Notes: a model not told the origin generated them from the letters alone. 64,000 bases of DNA from Cellulomonas sp. NTE-D12 (GCF_027923705.1 NZ_AP026442.1:132853-196852); one strand, 5' to 3'. Counted from the first letter of the stretch, positions 23,833 through 33,020 are shown. Program-made: numbers and translations.

Positions 23833-24504
23833 TCAGCCGCCGCTCTCAGTAGCCAGGTAGATCGGATGCGACGTTGGGTAACGCCGACGGGTCGCCGCAG
23901 GGTCGAAGTTCGCCGCCGACACGACATTCGCCGCCGGCCTCGGACCGTTCCGGACGAGGGCCGCGCGATCCACGGCCTCTATCTCTGCCATGAGCCGGCT
24001 CCGGACCGGCTCGATCGCCTTGTCGAGCAGCTCTTGAACTGTGGTGACGAGCTCGAAGAAGTCCCGCACCCGCTCGGAGGGCATCGTGCTCAAGACCGTT
24101 GGCGCGGTGACGTCGCGGACTTCAAGCGTCTCGGCGTCGAGCACGGCGACCGCATAGGTGACCGACAACTCCGACTGGGAGTGCGCGATAGTGCGGTTCC
24201 TGAACATCCTGACGAGCTGATGGGTGTCGCGGAGCGCTTCAGGAATCTTGACGAAGTCGGTCACCAGACGACGCCGCTCGGAGTGGAAGAAAGCGCGGCA
24301 ATAGGCCATGGCGGCCGTGGCTATAAGGGCTTCCGTGGCGCGGTCGAGCGTCGAACTGACGTCATCCTTGCTTCGTACTGCCAACTCCAGCGCTTCCCGC
24401 GCCTGCACCAGATCGGCCGCGTGGCTGGACATCTCGACGAAGTCACGCGCGTCCTTCGAATCGGGGACCATCACGAACTCGAACCGCGGCGCGTCGGCGC
24501 TCAT
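23833..24504 (-). CDS. hypothetical alpha-helical protein with Rx5H (HEPN-like) motif
   Basis: The 223 aa protein contains ...QLVRMFRNRTIAHSQSEL..., which fits the HEPN Rx4-6H catalytic motif. No other recognisable family was found. Confidence 0.35.
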   Translation of the reverse strand: MSADAPRFEFVMVPDSKDARDFVEMSSHAADLVQAREALELAVRSKDDVSSTLDRATEALIATAAMAYCRAFFHSERRRLVTDFVKIPEALRDTHQLVRMFRNRTIAHSQSELSVTYAVAVLDAETLEVRDVTAPTVLSTMPSERVRDFFELVTTVQELLDKAIEPVRSRLMAEIEAVDRAALVRNGPRPAANVVSAANFDPAATRRRYPTSHPIYLATESGG

Positions 24505-24536
24505 CGCATGAGTATGTCCGGCGCCGCCTGCGTCTG

Positions 24537-24713
24537 TTGCAGGAAGCGCACTTAGTCGGCGTCGGCTACGAGCGGCGCCTCACACGCTGTGCGGAGGCGG
24601 TCCGCCGATCGTGGCCCGGACTGGCTGTACCGCTGCGCAATCACCTCGGCGCGGTCGATAGCGTCGATCGCCGTGAGGATGTCACCGAGCCGGTACCGGT
24701 CCGAGCGGCTCAC
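24537..24713 (-). pseudogene. truncated HepT/DUF86-type HEPN toxin (N-terminal 57 codons only, lacks Rx4-6H motif)
   Basis: The minus-strand translation from the GTG at 24713 is VSRSDRYRLGDILTAIDAIDRAEVIAQRYSQSGPRSADRLRTACEAPLVADAD*. The first 28 aa match the DUF86/HepT N-terminus (rdr..L.dIleaid.I). The GTG overlaps the MNT stop (GTGA on the minus strand). Confidence 0.45.
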
Positions 24714-25219
24714 AGTGGCACCGCCTCGGCCAGCGCCGTTTCGGCGACGTGCGGCGCCAGCGCGTCGGCCGGCGCGACGTCGACACGCTCTCCGAGAAGC
24801 ACCGAGAGGTCGTCGGCGATCGCGGCGAGCGGGAGCAGGCCGCGGGTGCGGACGTCGAGGTCGACGAGGATGTCGACGTCGGAGTCCGGGCCGTCCTCGC
24901 CGCGAGCGACCGACCCGAAGACCCGCACGTTGGAGGCGCCGTGCCGGTGAGCGACGCGGCGGACGCGCTCGCGGTTCGCGCGCAGCTTCGCCATCCGCGG
25001 TGTGCGTACGTCCAGGTGGCGTGGGGCGGCCGCGACGCTCAGCTCCAGGCGCGCTCCCATCGCCGCGAGGAGCCGGTCGAGCGTCTCGACCGATGGCGAG
25101 CTGGCACCGGCCTCATACCGCGAGACTGCCGGCTGCGAGGTGCCGGCTCGTGCCGCCAAGGCGCCCTGACTGAGGCCCGCGGCCTCGCGGCTCGTGCGGA
25201 TCAGCGTGGCGGCTTCCAC
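24710..25219 (-). CDS. XRE-HTH fused to minimal nucleotidyltransferase (MntA-like antitoxin)
   Basis: The N-terminus LSQGALAARAGTSQPAVSRYEAG is an HTH_XRE. The C-terminus VRVFGSVARGEDGPDSDVDILVDL is the pol-beta-superfamily GSxxRGxxxxxSDxDhhV motif of MNT antitoxins. Confidence 0.7.
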   Translation of the reverse strand: MEAATLIRTSREAAGLSQGALAARAGTSQPAVSRYEAGASSPSVETLDRLLAAMGARLELSVAAAPRHLDVRTPRMAKLRANRERVRRVAHRHGASNVRVFGSVARGEDGPDSDVDILVDLDVRTRGLLPLAAIADDLSVLLGERVDVAPADALAPHVAETALAEAVPL

Positions 25220-25395
25220 GCGAACAGCATACTGCTAGAGGTATAAGGCGTCGTCTATTGATGCCAGCGATGGAGTCTGGGGACCTGACGATGTGTAGCG
25301 CAGATCGCCTCGTTGTGGTCGGCACCTGTTCACCGATCGGCCTCGGCGCAAGGTGTCGGCGGCATTGACTACCGTCAGGCTCGGAGGTGGTCCCT

Positions 25396-25923
25396 GTGCC
25401 TATCCGCAACAATCCGTTCGGCGTCGGCTTCTCTGGCGAGGAGAAATGGGTCGAGGGCGAGCTGCGCTGCCAGTGCTGCGCGCTGCCGTTTGCCGCCAGG
25501 TACAACAGTGCCGACCCCGTGCCACCCACCTGGTGCCCGCAATGTGTCGACCACCATCCCGCCCCGCATGAACCCTTGCCGCAGCGGCTGGCGCGTGCGG
25601 AGGCACATTCCGCGGTCTACAAGCAGCGCATGGTCACGATGGCCCGGGCGCTTTCGGCTACGAGACGCGAGCTCCGGCACGTCGCCGCGGAGATCGACCA
25701 CGCACGCCGCGACGGGCGGCAACAGGCGGCCGCCGCCTACGAATCACGCGACGAACTCCAGGAGGTCCTCGTCGCCGTCGCACGCGAGCACGTCCCGGCG
25801 CGCGGGGCATGCTCATGCGGGAAGCGGGTCTGCCCCACTGCGGCAGCGATCGACGGCAGCGGTCGAGCTGGGCGCCGCGTGCGCACTGCGGCCGAAGACC
25901 TCGAGATGCGCGAGTACGACTGA
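25396..25923 (+). CDS. hypothetical Cys-rich (zinc-ribbon-like) protein
   Basis: A GGAGGTGG RBS precedes the GTG at 25396. The N-terminal motif is CQCCALPF...CPQCVDHH and the C-terminal motif is CSCGKRVCPT. The region between them is helical and charged. Confidence 0.4.
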   Translation: MPIRNNPFGVGFSGEEKWVEGELRCQCCALPFAARYNSADPVPPTWCPQCVDHHPAPHEPLPQRLARAEAHSAVYKQRMVTMARALSATRRELRHVAAEIDHARRDGRQQAAAAYESRDELQEVLVAVAREHVPARGACSCGKRVCPTAAAIDGSGRAGRRVRTAAEDLEMREYD

Positions 25924-26085
25924 CGAACCGACCTCGACCAGAAGCACTCGCCAGCCGCCGTCGTGGACCGTCGTTCGACTCCTACCGGATGGAATCGCGC
26001 AAGGCGTGGCCGCGGTGGTCGAGCACACGAACCAAGGCGCTAGTGTGGTGCTCAAGGTCAACTATTATCGGCATCTGAGGGGAAG

Positions 26086-27327
26086 ATGGCTACCTACCTC
26101 CCGAGGCTGGTGGACGACCAGCTCGCCCGAGGCCTTCGCTCCGCGGGTGCCGTCGTGCTCGAAGGTCCGAAGGCGTGCGGCAAGACGACCACGGCGCGGC
26201 AGCAGGCCGCCAGCCTCGTGCGCCTCGATGCGTCTCCGCAGCTTCGTGCAGCCGGCCAGGTCGACCCCGGCCTGCTGCTCGCGGGGGAGACGCCCCGGCT
26301 GATCGACGAGTGGCAGCTGGTTCCTGAGGTGTGGAACGCCGTGCGTCACTCGGTCGACGACCGACAAGCCAGCGGACAGTTCATCCTCACGGGGTCCGCC
26401 ACCCCTACGGACGACGTCACGCGGCACACCGGCACGGGCCGGTTCTCCCGGGTGCGGATGTTGCCGATGTCGCTGTACGAGCAGCAACGGTCGAATGGCC
26501 AGGTGTCGCTGCGGGCGCTTCTCGACGGCGAGCCCGCCACCAGTGCGGGCAGCGACGTCGACCTGCTTGGCGTGGCGCAGCTGCTGTGCCGAGGCGGTTG
26601 GCCGGGGAACCTCGACCGGGACCTGGGGGATGCGCTCAACGCCAATCGCGACTACCTGGCCACGATCGCCGGCGCCGACATCGTCACGCTCGACGGCGTC
26701 CGCCGGGACCCCCGCAAGGTCACCGCGCTGATCTTCGCGCTGGCGCGCAACGCCGGAACCTACGTGACCAACCGGACGCTGCAGGCGGACATCACCGGCG
26801 ACGGGCAGACCCTTGCGCCCCGGACCTTGGACAACTACCTGGACGCCCTGGCGCGACTGTGGCTGTACGTCGAGCAGCCCGCCTGGGGGCAGCACATGCG
26901 GTCGTCCGCGCAGGTGCGGCGAGCGCCCAAGCGCCACCTCGTCGACCCCTCCCTCGCCGCGGCGGCGATGGGCGCCACACCTGAGGCATTGGTGGCCGAC
27001 CCCGAGACGTTCGGGCAGCTGTTCGAGAGCCTTGTGTTCCGAGACCTGTCGGTCTACGCCCAGGCCGTCGACGCTCACGTCTTCGCCTACCAGGACACCA
27101 CCGCCGAGTTCGATGCGGTCGTCGTCCGCGACGATCGCTGGATAGGGGTCGAGGTCAAGCTCTCCGGCCGCCCGGAGATCATCGACGGGGCTGCATCGAG
27201 CATGCTTCGGCTCGCCGAGCGGATGCGAACTCCGCCATCCGCGCTCGCCGTCGTGACGGCCACCGGGCCTTCCTACCGCCGAGCGGATGGCGTCGTCGTC
27301 ACCTCGATCCTCAACCTTGGTCCCTGA
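26086..27327 (+). CDS. AAA+ ATPase (AAA_14) with DUF4143 C-terminal domain
   Basis: VVLEGPKACGKTTTARQ is a Walker A and LIDEWQLVPEVWNAVR is a Walker B-like motif. It is paralogous to the minus-strand protein at 35033-36304. Confidence 0.75.
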   Translation: MATYLPRLVDDQLARGLRSAGAVVLEGPKACGKTTTARQQAASLVRLDASPQLRAAGQVDPGLLLAGETPRLIDEWQLVPEVWNAVRHSVDDRQASGQFILTGSATPTDDVTRHTGTGRFSRVRMLPMSLYEQQRSNGQVSLRALLDGEPATSAGSDVDLLGVAQLLCRGGWPGNLDRDLGDALNANRDYLATIAGADIVTLDGVRRDPRKVTALIFALARNAGTYVTNRTLQADITGDGQTLAPRTLDNYLDALARLWLYVEQPAWGQHMRSSAQVRRAPKRHLVDPSLAAAAMGATPEALVADPETFGQLFESLVFRDLSVYAQAVDAHVFAYQDTTAEFDAVVVRDDRWIGVEVKLSGRPEIIDGAASSMLRLAERMRTPPSALAVVTATGPSYRRADGVVVTSILNLGP

Positions 27328-27509
27328 GGCCAGTCCTTGTGTGGCGCACTGCTGGCGGCCGTCACGGCTGCGGTCGGAAGGCTGCAGCCTGGCTTGGGGC
27401 GCGTTATTTGACCACTGTGGTTCATAAGGTGCTTTCAGCTAATTAGGACGACACCAACCACGGCGTCACCACGCGGCAGGGCTGCGAGACAGCCGCTAGC
27501 GTCACCCTC

Positions 27510-27866
27510 ATGTCGGCGACGGTGTCGTTGTGGTCGAGCCGCGCCGCGCTTCGCTGGGTGACGCGGCTGGGCCTCGCCGGCGCGGGCCTCGCGGTCCTGA
27601 TCGCGTGGTGGGTGGCGCTCGGCTACGCGTCCGGCCTCCTTGCCGCCGCCTCCGCAGTGGCCACGGTGGGGTTCGTGGGCGCGGTGACCGGGTACCGCCG
27701 ACGATGGACGAGCCTGATCGTCATCGGTCTGGTGGTCGCCGCGCTGGCGGCTCCGACCGGGTTCGCGTACCTCGGCAATCTGATCGCGCTTGTCTCCGTC
27801 GTCGCGACAGCGGCGCAGCTCGCTCGAGGAACCGCGCGCCACCGTCCCGCGGAACGTCAGGGGTGA
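27510..27866 (+). CDS. small membrane protein (3-4 TM)
   Basis: The 118 aa protein is hydrophobic (LGLAGAGLAVLIAWWVALGYASGLLAAASAVATVGFVGAV...). Confidence 0.45.
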   Translation: MSATVSLWSSRAALRWVTRLGLAGAGLAVLIAWWVALGYASGLLAAASAVATVGFVGAVTGYRRRWTSLIVIGLVVAALAAPTGFAYLGNLIALVSVVATAAQLARGTARHRPAERQG

Positions 27867-27868
27867 CC

Positions 27869-28135
27869 ATGTATCCGGACACCCGAGGTGCACAACACCA
27901 CCTGGTGAGGAGCGTCGTTCGCAGCCCGTGGCTCTGGGGCGGCTTCCTCGCCAGTCTCGTCACGTCGCCTGCGCTGTTCCTCAGCTCACTCGTCGCGGGC
28001 GGGGTCGGCGTCGCCCTTGGAGCCTGGCTCTGGTCGGCGCGGCGTCGGATCGTCACGCTCGCGCTGGGCGCCGGGCTGGTTCTGGGGGCGCTCCCATACA
28101 GCCTCGCGGCGCTCAGGGCGATGCTGGTCGGCTGA
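27869..28135 (+). CDS. small membrane protein
   Basis: The ATG at 27869 is 2 nt after the previous stop. The 88 aa protein has two hydrophobic segments. Confidence 0.4.
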   Translation: MYPDTRGAQHHLVRSVVRSPWLWGGFLASLVTSPALFLSSLVAGGVGVALGAWLWSARRRIVTLALGAGLVLGALPYSLAALRAMLVG

Positions 28136-28554
28136 CATTGGCTGCCGATCGCCCGGCCGCCCCGGACCCTGAGCCAATCAGCCGCAGGCCGGTGCAGGGA
28201 CCGTGACGGTGCCAGCTGCGGGGAGTTCGTGGTCCTCATCGACCTCGACGGGGCGCTGTAGACAATCTACTCACAGGTAGAATACTTGTGCCGCAATGAG
28301 GTGGTCGCGCCTAAAGTGCGGTGCGGAGAAGCACTCGCACTACTCAATTGGCAGCCGTCGGGAACGGTTGATCGCCGGAGCATCCTCGTGCGATTTGCAG
28401 TCGCTAGCGAGCACCACCGGCCCGGGTGAGGCGACTCCCAGGACGTCCTCCGTGCCTGACCGAGCACCGCAGCTCGTCGCCTCGAGCGCACGAGCGTCAT
28501 CGAACGAGCAGGTCGGCGGCTTGCAGCGGCCCCGAAACACCATGATGTCAGCCC

Positions 28555-28582
28555 CTTAAGGCATGCCTTTACGTGCCTTAAC
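28555..28582. promoter_or_regulatory. inverted pair CTTAAGGCATG / CGTGCCTTAAC; candidate integrase arm-type sites (attR side)
   Basis: It uses the same decamer family as 12139-12158. It lies about 100 bp from the attR core. Confidence 0.35.
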
Positions 28583-28684
28583 GGGGTTCCCAGAGGGCCC
28601 TACGGGTGCCGCTCGGTGTAGAGTCGCACTCGTCTGACCAGCAGTTTTACCCGGTCTTGAACGTCCGAAACCCCTACTGTGTGG

Positions 28685-28729
28685 GCTTCCCAAGCTGAGA
28701 GCGCGGGTTCGATTCCCGTCACCCGCTCC
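28685..28729. repeat. attR core: 45-bp direct repeat of tRNA-Gly 3' half
   Basis: It is identical to 12026-12070. Confidence 0.8.
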
Positions 28730-28989
28730 AGCATCTCCCCAGGTCAGAGCCAACCGGGTATCGAACTGACGGGTGGTACCTCAGCCACGAGGGATCGGGC
28801 GACGACGTCCACACGGTGATCATGTCGAAACGACCCTCGAGGATCGTGCCGTCTTGGCTCGACACGCCCAGACCGAGCGCCCTCACGACATCCTGCCCCG
28901 GGCATGTACTCGTAGCTGGTCCGGCACATCACCGCAGATCACTCCCAGCCCTGCGTTGCTCAGCGGCTCAAAGCGGTCGCAGCGCACCG

Positions 28990-29676
28990 CTAAGCCGGGG
29001 ACCGAGTCGTGATGCGCTCGATGAGATCGCCGTGACCGCGGCGCTGGAGGTGCTCTCTCAGGTAGCTTGCGTGATTTGGCAGGACCGGCGATGCGACGTA
29101 CTCCTCGAGGGCTCTCCGCTCCCGCCTCACGTCGCCCACGGCGCGGAGCACGTCCGCGATGTCGAGCGGACCCGCTGGGCTCATCCCGATGGCTGTGGCG
29201 CCGTGACTCTCGAAGGCCGCGAGCAGAGAGGCGCGGTCCTCGAACTGGGAGAGCCAGGGGAGTCCGTGACGTTCCAGTGCGACACCGGCCGCAGCGGCGG
29301 CCGATGGATCGTCCAGCATCCACCAGAAGTCCGAAGCACCGTCGCCTGTCACGAGTTGGCCGATCGTCCGTCGGAGATGACAGTCGTAGTCGTTGATCCA
29401 CGGACCACGCGGCTGGTGGCTGCGGGTCATCTCCGGCACATAGACACCGAAGTCGAGACGGAAGGACCCGTAGCGCCTCTCGCGCAGTCCCGGGACCGGC
29501 GTCCAGGCCAGCGGCTCCTTGGGTGCCATCCAGAAGTAGACGACGTGCACCATCCCGTCGCCCACCGTGCGGTTGAAGCAGTGCCCGCGCTTCCGGAAGC
29601 CCAATTCCTTGAGCGTCGGCGCGTGCCGGGTCACGATGTCCCGCATCCGCTCGGACTCCGCGGTCGGCGCTGCCAC
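28990..29676 (-). CDS. hypothetical protein (DUF4304-like)
   Basis: ...MRDIVTRHAPTLKELGFRKRGHCFNRTVGDGMVHVVYFWMAP.... The likely start is the ATG at 29646. The overlapping + ORF 28816..29715 is R/H-rich and not protein-like. Confidence 0.45.
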   Translation of the reverse strand: MAAPTAESERMRDIVTRHAPTLKELGFRKRGHCFNRTVGDGMVHVVYFWMAPKEPLAWTPVPGLRERRYGSFRLDFGVYVPEMTRSHQPRGPWINDYDCHLRRTIGQLVTGDGASDFWWMLDDPSAAAAAGVALERHGLPWLSQFEDRASLLAAFESHGATAIGMSPAGPLDIADVLRAVGDVRRERRALEEYVASPVLPNHASYLREHLQRRGHGDLIERITTRSPA

Positions 29677-29754
29677 GAGAGCGATTGTTCCGGATCGGAG
29701 CGCTTCACGTCTTGATCACTCTCGGCTCGACGTTCAGGCGCCAGAATCGGTTGC

Positions 29755-30663
29755 GTGGCAGACAAGCTCGTGCGGCGGCAACACACCGTCTCGCGGTTCT
29801 ACCTTGCCGGCTTCGCCGCGGAAGGGCGGACGTTGGTCCGCGTTCCACTGGCCGATCCCTCAAGCGCTCACTCGGTGGGGGTCAGCGATGCCACGGTAGT
29901 GAAGGACTTCTACTCACTGGACTGGGGTGACGGGGAGCTCGACGACTTCTTCGAGCACGCGTTCGGCGAGGTGGAGGGCCTGGCGGCGCCTGCCCTCCGG
30001 CGCGCGTTGGATCCGGCCTCGCGGTGGCCACTCGACAAGGACGACAAAGCCGTCCTCGCGCTGTGGGTCGCGCTCCAGCACCTTCGTTCGGAGAGCATCC
30101 GGACGACTCGGACGAACGTCAACGCCCTCATGATCCGGCTCGTCGTCGGGACATCCGGCAAGGCTGCGCTCCGACGCCACATCGAGAAGTCCGAAGGCGA
30201 AGCGATTAGTGATGACCGGCTCGACGCTGAGTGGCACGACCTCACCCAGACGGGCGGCACCGAGATGTCGGACGACGTTGCGGGCCACCTGACTTCCATC
30301 TCGGAGACGTTGTCGCCCACCGCGCACATGCTCTACGACCAGCAATGGTCACTCGACTACTTCGAGCGGAAGGCCTTGGTGACGTCGGACCACCCCGTCG
30401 TCATGCTGCCGCGCCCCGGCGCGGCCGAGTGGGAGGGCATCGGGCTGGCGACCGCTGGTGGCTTCGCGGTACCTCTCGATCGCAGGAGTGCCCTGGTTAT
30501 CGGTGCTTCGCCAGACCTCCCTGACATGCGTGTCCCGGGGAACGCGGCCCTCGCTAACAGGGTCAACGCTGGCGTCGCAGCCAATGCCCGCCGTGCCGTC
30601 TACCACCACCCAGACGACCGAGAGGTCCTTCGCGGTCTGAAGCTCCCGCCCGTACGGAGATAG
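29755..30663 (+). CDS. DUF4238 family protein
   Basis: The N-terminus VADKLVRRQHTVSRFYLAGFAAEG matches the DUF4238 signature (HhVPqFYLrgF). Confidence 0.55.
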   Translation: MADKLVRRQHTVSRFYLAGFAAEGRTLVRVPLADPSSAHSVGVSDATVVKDFYSLDWGDGELDDFFEHAFGEVEGLAAPALRRALDPASRWPLDKDDKAVLALWVALQHLRSESIRTTRTNVNALMIRLVVGTSGKAALRRHIEKSEGEAISDDRLDAEWHDLTQTGGTEMSDDVAGHLTSISETLSPTAHMLYDQQWSLDYFERKALVTSDHPVVMLPRPGAAEWEGIGLATAGGFAVPLDRRSALVIGASPDLPDMRVPGNAALANRVNAGVAANARRAVYHHPDDREVLRGLKLPPVRR

Positions 30664-30980
30664 GAGCTCAACCCACGCACAGGTGAGGACATGGTCAAGG
30701 AGGCCGGACTTTTCGCTGGCCTCAGCGCCGAGCAACTACGAGCGTTTCAAGGGCCCGAGAGGCACGACCGTGACGGCCTCAGCCTTTCGGACCTCGTGTG
30801 GCCGATTCCGGGGCGCCGCTTCCGGTGGCAGGCGCACGGCGGTCCTCCCGCTGGACACAAGTAGAGGACGCGACGGTCGAGGCGGTCTTCGAGGCGGCCC
30901 GACGGTCCACCACCTGGCGGCCTCAGGGCTGAGCGGCTTCCGCGTCGACGGCCCGGCGTCCGTCGACGCCGGGCCGGGCC

Positions 30981-33020
30981 CTACTCCGCGCTCTCGCCGG
31001 CACCCGCCACCGGAGCCGGATCGTCTGCCTCGACGTTCGCGACAGGCTCCGCAGCCACATCTGCCGGCGACAGGATCGACGGCCCACCCCAGTTCCGCAG
31101 GGTGCCTGTCAGGGTTGCCGCCAGCCCGGTGATCGCTCCGCTGGCGTCGCCACCTCCGACGAGGACCTCCGGCACGATCTTGATCTGACCGTCGGCGACC
31201 GCCCCGGCGACCGCGACGGCCGCAGTCGCGGACTGGCCAAGGGCCTGGACCTGGGCCTCGTAGCCGGCGGCCTTCGCGAGCCCGAGCGCCTCGATCGCCT
31301 TCGCCTCGGCCAGGCCGATGGCGCGACGCTTGTCGGCCTCCGCCTGTCCGGTGAGCCGGACGAACGAGGCCTCGCCCTCGGCGGCTGCGCTCCTGGCGGC
31401 TGCGCCGGCTTTCTGGATGTCGACGTTGACGTTCGCCTGGGCGAGCTCCTTCTGCATGTCGGCAGTCCCGCGCACCCGCTCGAGGTCGACGCGGACCGCC
31501 TGGGCGCGCTGCTGCTCCTCGAACGTCACGCGTTCCTGGTTCGCGATCTCGCGTTCGGTCAGGACGGCCACGAGCTCGGGCGGGAAGATGACGTCCTGGA
31601 TGTAGACCCCACGTGTCTCGACCTCGTACTTCGTCAGGTAGCCCGTGATGTACTCCTGCGCCTTCTGCTGGACGACATCGCGCGTCTCGATGAACTGCAC
31701 GGCCGGCAGCTCCTGGAGCGCATTGCGGAAGTAGTTGCCCACTGCCGACTGCAGCACCTCGTTCACCAGGTTCTGCATGGTGCCGACCATGGAGATCACC
31801 TTCGGCGCATGCGAGTCGGGCACGTGGATCTGCACCTGGAGGTCGATCCCGAAGACGAATCCTTCGCGGGACTTTCCGTCGATGGGGCTCAGCGCCGCAT
31901 CCAGGTTGTGAGCGGCCGAGGTCTCGTTGGCCCAGTTGAGCGTGAGGATGGAGGTCGGCACGATCTCCGCGGCATACAGGCGCGGGTTGATCGCGTACTT
32001 GCCCGTCCGGAGCGGCTCGTTCCAGATGCCGCGGTGGCCGGGCCGCACGATCGAGCCGAACTTGAAGTCCTCGCCCGACGTGTCCACGGTGGGCAGCCCG
32101 ACGTACGCCTTGATCACGGCGACCTCGCCCTGGCGCACGACGAGCATCGGCACCAGCTCCACGCTGACCAGGAACGGGTTCAGCAGGTAGGACCCGTACA
32201 GCAGCGGGTCGTGCTGCAGGCCGATGCGTCCGCCGTGGTCGAGGAACGCCTGGTAGTCCTGGTAGTTGTTGTGCTGCCCGTTCTTGCTCGCCAGGATCGC
32301 CTCGATCTTCTCGGCATCGGGCGCATCCGCCGCCTCGAGGTCCGTGATGTCCTGGAAGCCGCCGAGCCGGCTGGCGATGTCGCCACCCTCCGGTGCGAGG
32401 CCCTCGAGGGTCGTCACCACGGCGACCACGTCCTGGTCGGCCTGCGGCTGGACGAACGTGACCCGCAGCTGTTCCGGCATGAGGCCGAAGCTCTCGGCAG
32501 CCGGCGCAGCCCGCCGCGCGCCGCCGGACATCGGGACTCCGTACACCCTGCTGGCGGTGAGCACGAGGAAGGCGAGGGGGTGCAGCGGCAGCAGCGAACC
32601 CGGCGGGAGCACGGGTCGCTGGACACCCTTCTGGCCGCCCTCGGTCAAGAACGTGTCGAGGTCGGTGAAGTTGGCGAAGACGTCTTTGTACTGTGCGCTC
32701 TTGGCACCGATCGGCAGGGGCGCGCCGAGCTGGGAGATGACGACGCCGATCTCTCCGGGCGACACGCGGACCCAGGGGTGCTTGGTCACGGAGAAGACGG
32801 GCCACAGCTTGAACCGCAGACCCGGCATCAGCAGCTTGCCCTGATAGCCGGCCTCACCATGGAACGCAATGGCTTGATCGGCGGTCAACCGGCGTCCGAA
32901 CCTCTTGTTGACCAGTCCGACCTCGGCCGCCCCGATGAATCGGAACGACCGGATGAGAACGACCACCAGAACGACGATGACAATGAGCGCCGCAGCGCCC
33001 CCTGGCGACGAGAAAGGCAC
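30981..33020 (-). CDS. flotillin/SPFH (band-7) domain membrane protein
   Basis: The GTG at 33020 has an AGGAGG RBS 5 nt upstream. An N-terminal TM helix (AAALIVIVVLVVVLI) is followed by an SPFH domain (FRFIGAAEVGLVNKRFGRRL...) and a long coiled C-terminus rich in A/E/Q. The protein is 679 aa. Confidence 0.75.
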   Translation of the reverse strand: MPFSSPGGAAALIVIVVLVVVLIRSFRFIGAAEVGLVNKRFGRRLTADQAIAFHGEAGYQGKLLMPGLRFKLWPVFSVTKHPWVRVSPGEIGVVISQLGAPLPIGAKSAQYKDVFANFTDLDTFLTEGGQKGVQRPVLPPGSLLPLHPLAFLVLTASRVYGVPMSGGARRAAPAAESFGLMPEQLRVTFVQPQADQDVVAVVTTLEGLAPEGGDIASRLGGFQDITDLEAADAPDAEKIEAILASKNGQHNNYQDYQAFLDHGGRIGLQHDPLLYGSYLLNPFLVSVELVPMLVVRQGEVAVIKAYVGLPTVDTSGEDFKFGSIVRPGHRGIWNEPLRTGKYAINPRLYAAEIVPTSILTLNWANETSAAHNLDAALSPIDGKSREGFVFGIDLQVQIHVPDSHAPKVISMVGTMQNLVNEVLQSAVGNYFRNALQELPAVQFIETRDVVQQKAQEYITGYLTKYEVETRGVYIQDVIFPPELVAVLTEREIANQERVTFEEQQRAQAVRVDLERVRGTADMQKELAQANVNVDIQKAGAAARSAAAEGEASFVRLTGQAEADKRRAIGLAEAKAIEALGLAKAAGYEAQVQALGQSATAAVAVAGAVADGQIKIVPEVLVGGGDASGAITGLAATLTGTLRNWGGPSILSPADVAAEPVANVEADDPAPVAGAGESAE

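Larger units (their letters stand above)
11998..28729. mobile_element. about 16.7-kb tRNA-Gly-integrated integrative mobilizable element (int, xis, traA relaxase, candidate oriT; no T4SS/coupling protein) carrying defence-like cargo
   Basis: The tRNA, the adjacent tyrosine integrase, the 45-bp perfect att direct repeats, the relaxase, Xis and the internal AT-richer intergenic regions together support this call. Confidence 0.75.

Noticed and set aside
28296-28559. 87-aa + ORF in the AT-rich attR-proximal region
   Set aside because: It has no RBS, atypical low-GC composition and no domain resemblance, so it is more likely non-coding regulatory DNA.
11998-28729. Prophage
   Set aside because: There are no capsid, terminase, portal, tail or lysis genes. 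The content (integrase, Xis, relaxase, oriT-like region) fits an integrative mobilizable element instead.
28816-29715. 299-aa + ORF
   Set aside because: It overlaps the more protein-like minus-strand DUF4304-type ORF 28990-29676. The + frame is R/H/P-rich.
30736-32805. 689-aa minus ORF overlapping flotillin
   Set aside because: It is an alternate frame of the flotillin gene. The 30981-33020 frame gives a coherent SPFH protein with an RBS, whereas this frame is R/G/P-rich.
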